Shown one piece after another: positions 29,393 through 35,725 of a stretch of 64,000 nt of DNA. This DNA is from a virus. The stretch's first letter is position 1; each line of letters begins with the position of its first letter. Under the pieces are notes generated by a model. That model saw only the letters and a list, made by a program, of their open reading frames with translations, made no database searches and had not been told where the DNA came from. Position numbers and translations under genes: made by a program. Location of the stretch: IMG/VR virus record IMGVR_UViG_3300028840_004475, positions 83,748 through 147,747 of that record, one strand, 5' to 3'.

Positions 29393-31126
29393 ATGCAGAC
29401 CTTCACCGAGGCAACGCGCTGGCGGAAGCCGACCAAGCGCAAGGGCAACGGCCGCAACTACGCCCAGCAGCGCCAGGTCATCCCAGGCAAGAGCCGGCTC
29501 ATGACTTCGACCTCGAGCGGCACCAAGGCCTTCAAGGTGGACGACTGGGGTCGCCTCGCCCGCTTCCTGATCCTGGGAGCAGACAAGCCGACCTTCTACG
29601 CGACGAAGCGCCAGCTGGTGCGGGACAACGCGAGGGTGGTCGAGCGCTGCATCAAGGAAGACGGTATCCGTACCGTGGACCTGATCGCGGAAGTGTCGAT
29701 TCAGGGCTCGGCGCCGAACAACGACCCGGCCCTGTTTGCGCTGGCAATGTGCGCGACCCTGGGTGGCCTCCACACCCGCCAGTACGCCCTCGGGCGCCTG
29801 TCGGACGTGGCGCGGATCGGAACGCACCTGTTCCACTTCGTGGCCTACTGCGAGGGTCTCGGTCACGGCTGGGGCCGGAACATGCGACGTGCGATCCGTG
29901 GGTGGTACAACGAGAAGGCGCCGGACAAGCTGGCGTATCAGATCCTGAAGTACAAGCAGCGTGACGGCTGGTCGCACAAGGATCTGCTCGCTCTGGCTCA
30001 CCCGCGCACTTCGAACAAGGAACGTGATGCCATCTACCGGTACATCGTGGCCGGCATCGATGGTCTGGGCAAGCGTACTGTCCTGAAGCACAACGGCCGC
30101 CGGAAGGTCCGCAAGACCTACCCGGACGTGTCACGTCACCTGCCGGCGCAGATCTTCGCCGCGCACGACGTGCACAAGGTCAGCAAGCGGAAGGCCAAGC
30201 AGCTCATCGAAGAGCACCGCATGACCCATGAGATGGTGCCGAACGAGCTGAAGAACGACCCAGAGGTCTGGGAGATCATGCTCGAGACGATGCCCATCGG
30301 AGCGATGGTGCGGAACCTCGGCAAGATGACCAGCATCGGCCTCCTGGACCGGATGTCCAGGGCCTCGAAGCTGGTGATCGACCGGCTGGGCGACATGGAG
30401 CGGATCCGTCGGGCGCGTCTGCACCCGATCGAGTTCCTCAAGGCCAACCGTGTCTACGGTGCCGGCCGCGGGGACAAGGGATCGCTGTGCTGGGATCCGG
30501 TGCGCGGGATCGTCCGAGCACTGGACGACGGGTTCTACCTGGCCTTCGGCGCGATCGAGCCGAGCGGCGTGAACACTGGTCTGTTCATCGACGTCTCTGG
30601 TTCGATGGCATGGGACACCTCACGCGTGAAGTCGATGGCGAACATGACCGCACGTGAGCTGTCAGGTGCCATGGCCCTGGTGACGGCGAACGTGGAGCCG
30701 TACTGGGAGATCATCGCCTTCTCCGGCGGCTACGACTCGCTCGAGGAGATCCCGATCGAGCCCGGCATGAAGCTGGACACGGTCGTGAACAGGATGGAGC
30801 GTATGCGAGCCGGCAGCACGAACCTGTCGCTACCGTTCGAGTACGCACGTGGACGCGGTGTCCCGATCGAGACGTTTATCGTCTACACAGACAACGAGAC
30901 GAATCACTTCGGCTCGCTGCATCCGTCGGAGGCACTGCGCAGGTACCGGAAAGAGACCGGCATCGACGCGAAGCTGATCGTGGTCGGCATGGTGGCGAAC
31001 GACATCTCGATCGCTGACCCGACCGATCACGGCATGTTGGATGTAGTTGGGTTCGACACGAACGCTCCGTCAGTGATGGCGGACTTCGCGAAGGGCGCCT
31101 ACGAGATCGACGTCGAGCAGGGCTGA
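29393..31126 (+). CDS. rsr: Ro60/Rsr RNA-binding protein (TROVE + vWA)
   Basis: DDW.RL.RFLILG, ARIGTHLFHF, KYKQRDGWSHKDLL.LAHP, MP.GAM.RNLGKMT, HP, DVSGSM MIDAS motif, YTDNET, IADP.D.GMLDVVGFD. Confidence 0.96.
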   Translation: MQTFTEATRWRKPTKRKGNGRNYAQQRQVIPGKSRLMTSTSSGTKAFKVDDWGRLARFLILGADKPTFYATKRQLVRDNARVVERCIKEDGIRTVDLIAEVSIQGSAPNNDPALFALAMCATLGGLHTRQYALGRLSDVARIGTHLFHFVAYCEGLGHGWGRNMRRAIRGWYNEKAPDKLAYQILKYKQRDGWSHKDLLALAHPRTSNKERDAIYRYIVAGIDGLGKRTVLKHNGRRKVRKTYPDVSRHLPAQIFAAHDVHKVSKRKAKQLIEEHRMTHEMVPNELKNDPEVWEIMLETMPIGAMVRNLGKMTSIGLLDRMSRASKLVIDRLGDMERIRRARLHPIEFLKANRVYGAGRGDKGSLCWDPVRGIVRALDDGFYLAFGAIEPSGVNTGLFIDVSGSMAWDTSRVKSMANMTARELSGAMALVTANVEPYWEIIAFSGGYDSLEEIPIEPGMKLDTVVNRMERMRAGSTNLSLPFEYARGRGVPIETFIVYTDNETNHFGSLHPSEALRRYRKETGIDAKLIVVGMVANDISIADPTDHGMLDVVGFDTNAPSVMADFAKGAYEIDVEQG

Positions 31127-31135
31127 CACGAGTTT

Positions 31136-31196
31136 GAGGGCCGGACGGCTTGGGTTATCTTGCAACGATACCCCCCAGGCCAAACACTTTGCCCTC
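31136..31196 (+). ncRNA. Y RNA 1 (short; apical loop TTGCAAC)
   Basis: GAGGGC-C-GGA...TTT-GCCCTC bulged-C Ro-binding stem, 9 nt after the Ro60 stop. Confidence 0.8.
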
Positions 31197-31205
31197 TTCA
31201 AGTTT

Positions 31206-31324
31206 GGCTGACGTAGCGATGTGGAAGGACACATGAGAGACGGCAGTAGCCCAAGGCTAGGTGTGTGCCGCCCCGTTTAGAGGAATCCTTGGGGAGCTGG
31301 TATCAAGGCCAGTCTGCGTCAGTC
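31206..31324 (+). ncRNA. Structured RNA, partly tRNA-like, without the Ro stem
   Basis: GGCTGACGTAG pairs with CTGCGTCAGTC; internal hairpins; same AGTTT leader as the Y RNA units. Confidence 0.55.
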
Positions 31325-31341
31325 GTTCTATGGAAGGATTT

Positions 31342-31452
31342 GTGGGCCGAATGGATTGCAGGGTTATCGATGGTTCGAATCCACCTGGCGGGTCTAAACC
31401 ACCCGCTATCGCCTAGCTGGTTAAGGCACCCCTGTACCAACAACTTGCCCAC
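31342..31452 (+). ncRNA. Y RNA 2, YrlA-type (T arm - closed acceptor - D arm)
   Basis: GTGGGCCGA...TTGCCCAC; GGTTCGAATCC, TGGCGGG/CCCGCTA, GCCTAGCTGGTTAAGGC. Confidence 0.88.
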
Positions 31453-31469
31453 TTTGAATTATGGGAGTT

Positions 31470-31597
31470 GCGGGCCGTAGACTGAACGTTATCTAAGCGC
31501 GCAATTTTGCGCTTATAGCTCAGTTGGTAGAGCGCCGGGGGTAGCCTCGGAGGTCGAGGGTTCGAATCCCTAACGACGTTCTTTCAGCTTTGTCCGC
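31470..31597 (+). ncRNA. Y RNA 3 (closed acceptor - D - anticodon-arm mimic - T)
   Basis: GCGGGCCGTA...TTTGTCCGC; TAAGCGC/GCGCTTA, TAGCTCAGTTGGTAGAGC, GGGTTCGAATCCC. Confidence 0.82.
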
Positions 31598-31619
31598 GCC
31601 CTACCTATTAGAGGAGTTT

Positions 31620-31682
31620 GAGGGCCGGAAGTCTTGGGTTATCACTTCGGATGATGCTTCCCAGGACACTAACTTTGCCCTC
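31620..31682 (+). ncRNA. Y RNA 4 (short; apical TATCA-CTTCGGA-TGATG)
   Basis: GAGGGCCGGA...TTTGCCCTC. Confidence 0.8.
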
Positions 31683-31701
31683 GTTTCTATACACTGAGTT
31701 T

Positions 31702-31768
31702 GTGGGCCGGAGGCAACGGGTTACCTTTCATTTGGAGAAAACACACCCATCGCCAACAACTTGCCCAC
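31702..31768 (+). ncRNA. Y RNA 5 (short; apical TTTC-ATTTGGA-GAAA)
   Basis: GTGGGCCGGA...CTTGCCCAC. Confidence 0.8.
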
Positions 31769-31787
31769 TTCGTTTTGAGAGGAGTTT

Positions 31788-31918
31788 GCGGGCCGTACGA
31801 AATAGGTTACCAATGCAAACTGTAGGTCGCGGGTTCGAGTCCCGTCATCGGCACCATGCCGATGTAGATCAGCTGGTAGATCAACAGTGGTTACACGCCT
31901 ACTTCACTTTTTGCCCGC
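31788..31918 (+). ncRNA. Y RNA 6 (tRNA permuted at the anticodon loop; acceptor closed by ACCAT)
   Basis: GCGGGCCGTA...TTTGCCCGC; ACTGT-AGGTC-T arm-CATCGGC ACCAT GCCGATG-D arm-ACAGT. Confidence 0.87.
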
Positions 31919-31940
31919 GTTTCAAAGGACACTATGGTTT

Positions 31941-32072
31941 GAGGGCCGGACGCACGTTGGGTTATCCACTCATAATGGAGAGGTCGCAGGTTCGAATCCT
32001 GTCGTGGCTTTAGCGAGTCACGTAGCTCAGTTGGTCAGAGCGCTAAACCCCCAATGTCAACTATTTGCCCTC
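31941..32072 (+). ncRNA. Y RNA 7 (anticodon arm CAT - T - closed acceptor - D)
   Basis: GAGGGCCGGA...TTTGCCCTC; TCCA-CTCATAA-TGGA, GCAGGTTCGAATCCTGT, CGTGGCT/AGTCACG, D arm. Confidence 0.87.
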
Positions 32073-32089
32073 GTTTTGAAGTAGAAGAG

Positions 32090-32380
32090 ATGAACACGAG
32101 AGAGACACGCATGTTGACAGAAGCAATCAGAGCAAACACGCGCGCCCTCCTCGAGAACACGAAGCTCTTGAAACGCTTCACGTCGAAGCAGGACCGCAAG
32201 AGCGATCTCGATGAGAGACGCAACCGACTACTGGCGAACATCCCGTACCTGAAGTCAGAGCTGAAGCAGTTCCGGCGTCAGGAGCTGGTGATGCTCGCTG
32301 CAGCCCTGGGGGTCAGGAACACATCAGTACCGAACACACGCCTCGTGGAAGTGATCTTCAGAGAACAGAAGCGAGCGTGA
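32090..32380 (+). CDS. Hypothetical protein with possible Rho_N/HeH-like C-terminus
   Basis: ELK...RQELVMLAAALGV.N.S......LVE.I. Confidence 0.5.
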   Translation: MNTRETRMLTEAIRANTRALLENTKLLKRFTSKQDRKSDLDERRNRLLANIPYLKSELKQFRRQELVMLAAALGVRNTSVPNTRLVEVIFREQKRA

Positions 32381-32577
32381 AGAAGCTGTACATCTGGTTC
32401 TGCGACAAGTGCAACTCGTTCGTACCAGCGACGTGTTGTCTGGCAACGAGCAAGAAGGCAGCATGGGACGGCGGTCAAGAACACCTGGTGAAGACGCACG
32501 ACTTGACTCACCACGCTACCGACATGGAGTTGTTCAAGGGCCGCGTCGTCATCTTGGAAGAGAAGACGAAAAAATAG
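32377..32577 (+). CDS. Small zinc-finger protein
   Basis: CDKC...H...H. Confidence 0.5.
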   Translation: MKKLYIWFCDKCNSFVPATCCLATSKKAAWDGGQEHLVKTHDLTHHATDMELFKGRVVILEEKTKK

Positions 32578-32578
32578 C

Positions 32579-32608
32579 TTGACAGATCGATAACCGATGC
32601 ATCACGAT
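32579..32608 (+). promoter_or_regulatory. sigma70-like promoter, tRNA operon 1
   Basis: TTGACA-N18-CACGAT. Confidence 0.65.
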
Positions 32609-32630
32609 GAAAACTTCGTCGGAGGATGCT

Positions 32631-32744
32631 ATGCACCGCGCAATTCAGATCACCACCATTCCCATCAAGCGCGACGGACGATTGTCCTTCCTCTGTTCCC
32701 TTTCGTCCCTATTTCTCTATTCCAATTCCGGCTGGCGACTGTAG
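32631..32744 (+). CDS. Leader peptide 1: MHRAIQITTIPIKRDGRLSFLCSLSSLFLYSNSGWRL
   Basis: GGAGG SD; 18 of the last 20 residues are L/S/F/C/Y/N/W, the amino acids of operon 1; stop is 12 nt before the first tRNA. Confidence 0.8.
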   Translation: MHRAIQITTIPIKRDGRLSFLCSLSSLFLYSNSGWRL

Positions 32745-32756
32745 ACGCATCTTTGC

Positions 32757-32840
32757 GGATCGGTAGCTGAGCTGGTTTAGCAGCGGGCTGTTAACCCGTG
32801 CCCTCGGGCTACGTGGGTTCGAGTCCCACCCGATCCGCCA
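32757..32840 (+). tRNA. tRNA-Asn(GTT), long variable arm
   Basis: Cloverleaf, loop CTGTTAA, CCA end. Confidence 0.85.
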
Positions 32841-32843
32841 TGT

Positions 32844-32912
32844 GGGCGCCAGGCTATGGCAGCCAAGCGGGCTCCAACCCCGCAGGACAGGGTTCGATTC
32901 CTTGGGCGCTCG
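32844..32912 (+). tRNA. tRNA-Trp(CCA)
   Basis: Loop CTCCAAC; CCA end not encoded. Confidence 0.8.
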
Positions 32913-32927
32913 TAGAAAGAAAAATGT

Positions 32928-33003
32928 GGACTCGTCGCTGAGTTGGTTCAGGCGCCTGGTTGAAGCCCAGGAGACGTTGGTTCGATTCCAACCGAGTCCA
33001 CCA
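32928..33003 (+). tRNA. tRNA-Phe(GAA)
   Basis: Loop TTGAAGC, CCA end. Confidence 0.9.
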
Positions 33004-33006
33004 AAC

Positions 33007-33082
33007 GCGGGCATAGCCCAACTGGTAGGAGGCGACGGTTTTAAGGTCCGTTCAGTGGTGGGTTCGAATCCCCCTGCCCGTA
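33007..33082 (+). tRNA. tRNA-Leu(TAA), short variable region
   Basis: Loop TTTAAGG. Confidence 0.8.
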
Positions 33083-33151
33083 TTCAAGGAAACGAACGAA
33101 AACTGAAATAAGGAGGTCGCCTCGAGCCCATGTTTCAAAAGATCAGCACAT

Positions 33152-33234
33152 GTCAGAGTGGCGGAATTGGTAGACGCGCAGGCCCGAGGAGCCTGTACTT
33201 CGGTGTGAGGGTTCGACTCCCTCCTCTGACACCA
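33152..33234 (+). tRNA. tRNA-Leu(GAG)
   Basis: Loop CCGAGGA, CCA end. Confidence 0.9.
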
Positions 33235-33237
33235 TGT

Positions 33238-33328
33238 GTAGCGGTGGCTGAGCGGTTGAAAGCACCAGACTGTAGATCTGGAGATCCGAAAGGGTCCAAC
33301 GGTGGTTCGAATCCATCCCGCTACACCA
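33238..33328 (+). tRNA. tRNA-Tyr(GTA)
   Basis: Loop CTGTAGA, long variable arm, CCA end. Confidence 0.9.
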
Positions 33329-33331
33329 TAT

Positions 33332-33407
33332 GCCCGTCTACCCCAATCTGGTACGAGGGGCTCGGCTCAGACCCGAGATGTTCCCGGTTCGAATCCGGGG
33401 GCGGGCA
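33332..33407 (+). tRNA. tRNA-Leu(CAG), short variable region
   Basis: Loop CTCAGAC. Confidence 0.85.
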
Positions 33408-33512
33408 AAATGAAAAGCCCCTGGCCACAGTGACCAGGGGCACCCTCGCTCCTCGGGGGAAGGACAACGAAGGTGAGCTGATCGTAGCAGGAGGCGAACA
33501 TAGTTCAAGTGT

Positions 33513-33595
33513 GCCGGGGTGGCGGAATTGGAATACGCGCTGGCCTCAAGCACCAGTGCTTCGGCATGAGGGTTCGACTCCCTCTCCCGGCACCA
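33513..33595 (+). tRNA. tRNA-Leu(CAA)
   Basis: Loop CTCAAGC, CCA end. Confidence 0.9.
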
Positions 33596-33596
33596 T

Positions 33597-33688
33597 GGAA
33601 GGTTGGCCGATGTTGGGATGGCGCCTGCTTGGAAAGCAGAGACCGGCCCGAGAGGGTCGCAGAGGTTCGATTCCTCTACCTTCCGCCA
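33597..33688 (+). tRNA. tRNA-Ser(GGA)
   Basis: Loop TTGGAAA, long variable arm, CCA end. Confidence 0.88.
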
Positions 33689-33689
33689 T

Positions 33690-33764
33690 GGGCAGTGGGT
33701 CTGTCGGGATGGATGCTGGATTGCAACCCCAGAGAAACTGGTTCGACTCCAGTACTGCCCTCCA
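33690..33764 (+). tRNA. tRNA-Cys(GCA)
   Basis: Loop TTGCAAC, U73, CCA end. Confidence 0.85.
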
Positions 33765-33795
33765 AAAAAAGAGGGGCCCTCGAGGGCCCCTCTTT
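33765..33795. terminator. Bidirectional intrinsic terminator
   Basis: A-tract-GAGGGGCCC-TCGA-GGGCCCCTC-TTT between convergent units. Confidence 0.8.
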
Positions 33796-33813
33796 AGCAG
33801 TCACCTCAGTTGA

Positions 33814-34338
33814 CTAGGCGGCTTCGAGCAGCACGAAGTAGATGTCGCCGCGGAACTCGACCCAGTCGCCGACGGAACCGGCCGTGTACGAGACGCTGAC
33901 GGCGGTTCCGTTGCACACGTGTCCCTCAGGAACCAGCACGCCACCACCGCTCTCGTCGACTGCCAGGAGTGCGCCGAGGGTCTGACCAGTGTTCAGGAGA
34001 GTCGGCTTCTGGATGCCGACGGCGCTGCAGTCGATGCCGACACCGAAGCCATCAGCGTCACCACCAACCTCGGTGGAGAGCAGACCAATGTCCATGGTCT
34101 TGGTGGCACCGGTGACCTCGGCGGCCGTCACGTCCACGTAGTATCCAAGGACGACACTCTTCAGCGGAAGGTCGACGCCGCTGTCCTGCTCGGTTCCATC
34201 GGGAGCCGCAGTGATCGGAACCCGGAGGGTCTTCGTGACTGCACCGCTCGCACTGAGATCACATTGTTCGTTGATCTCTGTGGCGGTGGCAGTGATCGAC
34301 TCCATCCACCTCTTGATAGGACGAACGATAAACCACAT
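33814..34338 (-). CDS. Virion-like beta-rich protein (possible capsid decoration)
   Basis: GAGGAGG SD before ATG at 34338; ITATATEIN motif; GC3 bias like the structural genes. Confidence 0.65.
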   Translation of the reverse strand: MWFIVRPIKRWMESITATATEINEQCDLSASGAVTKTLRVPITAAPDGTEQDSGVDLPLKSVVLGYYVDVTAAEVTGATKTMDIGLLSTEVGGDADGFGVGIDCSAVGIQKPTLLNTGQTLGALLAVDESGGGVLVPEGHVCNGTAVSVSYTAGSVGDWVEFRGDIYFVLLEAA

Positions 34339-34488
34339 ATTCAGCCTCCTCGTACCTAGCCAGGGCACGGTCTCCCACTGAACCATTCAATGGGGTTACA
34401 CCCTCGTTGGGGATTGGCTGTGCATATACTGCTACACATTGGCATTTATGTGCAACACAACTTTCTGGGAGATCAACCGAGAATTATC

Positions 34489-34518
34489 TTGACTGATCGA
34501 ATAGCGATCTCTTACGGT
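34489..34518 (+). promoter_or_regulatory. sigma70-like promoter, tRNA operon 2
   Basis: TTGACT-N18-TACGGT; spacer begins GATCGA as in the operon 1 promoter. Confidence 0.6.
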
Positions 34519-34527
34519 GAAGATCTC

Positions 34528-34650
34528 ATGTTGTACTCGTTGACCAGGAAAGCCAGACCATCCGTCGCCACAGCAGTGGCGAAGCGGACGGGCATGTGCC
34601 TGGTTATCGAGGGACAGACCCGCCATTTTCGAGATCCCAGCGCGGCGTAA
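34528..34650 (+). CDS. Leader peptide 2: MLYSLTRKARPSVATAVAKRTGMCLVIEGQTRHFRDPSAA
   Basis: ATG 9 nt after the -10 box (near-leaderless); has a codon readable by each of the 20 tRNAs in operon 2. Confidence 0.75.
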   Translation: MLYSLTRKARPSVATAVAKRTGMCLVIEGQTRHFRDPSAA

Positions 34651-34743
34651 ACTGTCCTTCAGCACTGGGAACCCGAAATCGGACAGACTCGAAAGTAACC
34701 AGGCTGGACGACAGCTGCGTCGCATCTGCTGATGCACGCCTGT

Positions 34744-34821
34744 GGGGGTGTGGCCTAGTCTGGTCTAGGGCGCCTGACTGTCGATCAGGAGACTTCGCCG
34801 GTTCGAATCCGGTCGCCCCCG
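34744..34821 (+). tRNA. tRNA-Asp(GTC)
   Basis: Loop CTGTCGA. Confidence 0.88.
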
Positions 34822-34832
34822 CTCTTTTTTGT

Positions 34833-34910
34833 GCGTCCGTAGCTGAATTGGATCAGCGCAGGTCTACGAAGCCTGGTCGTATGAGAGTTCGAGTCTCTCC
34901 GGGCGCGCCA
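34833..34910 (+). tRNA. tRNA-Arg(ACG)
   Basis: Loop CTACGAA, CCA end. Confidence 0.9.
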
Positions 34911-34923
34911 GGAGACGAAGTGT

Positions 34924-34999
34924 TGCGGTGTAGCTCAGCTGGTAGAGCGTCTGACTCTGGATCAGAAGGTCGTCGGTTCGAGACCGGCCGCCGCTGCCA
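34924..34999 (+). tRNA. tRNA-Gln(CTG)
   Basis: Loop CTCTGGA, CCA end. Confidence 0.9.
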
Positions 35000-35007
35000 T
35001 GTTTTGA

Positions 35008-35085
35008 TGCGACGTAGAGCAGTCTGGTTAGCTCAGGTGGCTCATAACCACCAGGTCGTGGGTTCAAATCCCACCGTCGCTACCA
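35008..35085 (+). tRNA. tRNA-Met(CAT), initiator-like
   Basis: Loop CTCATAA, 1:72 mismatch, GAGC/GCTC D stem. Confidence 0.88.
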
Positions 35086-35130
35086 CTTTTGAGGGCGGTG
35101 TGTCCTGGGCATTCCGCCCAGGAGACATTC

Positions 35131-35207
35131 GCTCCCGTAGCTCAGTTGGTCAGAGCGCTGGTCTGATAAACCAGAGATCGTTGGTTCAAGTCCAACCGGG
35201 AGTACCA
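35131..35207 (+). tRNA. tRNA-Ile(GAT)
   Basis: Loop CTGATAA, CCA end. Confidence 0.92.
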
Positions 35208-35211
35208 TTTT

Positions 35212-35287
35212 GCCGGGGTAGTTCAGTTGGTAGAACGCCGGTGTCACATACCGGAGGTCGCTGGTTCGAACCCAGCTCCCGGTACCA
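35212..35287 (+). tRNA. tRNA-Val(CAC)
   Basis: Loop GTCACAT, CCA end. Confidence 0.9.
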
Positions 35288-35300
35288 GATAGGTGGTTGA

Positions 35301-35374
35301 CCCCGTGTCGTCTAACTGGAAGGACGCCAGGTTTCCAACCTGGAGGTCTCGGTTCGGTTCCGAGTACGGGGTCC
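35301..35374 (+). tRNA. tRNA-Gly(TCC)
   Basis: Loop TTTCCAA, U73, CCA end. Confidence 0.88.
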
Positions 35375-35413
35375 AATTCTTGGGGTTGAAAGGGTAAGTA
35401 GAGATGAACAACT

Positions 35414-35485
35414 GGATCCGTAGCTCAGCGGTTGAGCAGCTCCCTCATAAGGAGAAGGGCGTTGGTTCAAATCCAACCGGGTCCA
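35414..35485 (+). tRNA. tRNA-Met or Ile2 (CAT)
   Basis: Loop CTCATAA. Confidence 0.85.
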
Positions 35486-35516
35486 TCAGACGAAGGCGGC
35501 GGCGGTAGCAATATGT

Positions 35517-35593
35517 GCCCACGTAGCCTAATTGGAGAGGCAACTGATTTCTACTCAGTTAATATGCGGGTTCGAGTCCTGCCGTGGGCGCCA
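35517..35593 (+). tRNA. tRNA-Arg(TCT)
   Basis: Loop TTTCTAC, CCA end. Confidence 0.9.
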
Positions 35594-35596
35594 TGT

Positions 35597-35668
35597 GCGC
35601 TCGTAGCCTAGCGGAGAGGCACTGGCCTCCGAAGCCAGACCACGTAGGTTCGAATCCTGCCGAGCGCG
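35597..35668 (+). tRNA. tRNA-Arg(CCG)
   Basis: Loop CTCCGAA. Confidence 0.88.
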
Positions 35669-35725
35669 CAAAGGAGGTTGACATCGCGAACCATCTCGTT
35701 TAATTTCAAATGAGGAGGTCCGCAA

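Noticed and set aside
31496-32045. Ordinary tRNA genes or tRNA pseudogenes inside the Y array
   Set aside because: The arms are in permuted order with closed acceptor stems and are nested within Ro-binding stems.
31131-32072. CRISPR array (recurring GTTTG.GGGCCG)
   Set aside because: The repeats are short and degenerate, spacing is irregular, each 5' motif pairs with its own 3' motif, and no cas genes are present. Y RNAs explain the pattern.
34590-34743. tmRNA, RNase P RNA, SRP RNA or a known riboswitch
   Set aside because: I could not recognise the signature motifs of any of these. An Rfam search is still advisable.
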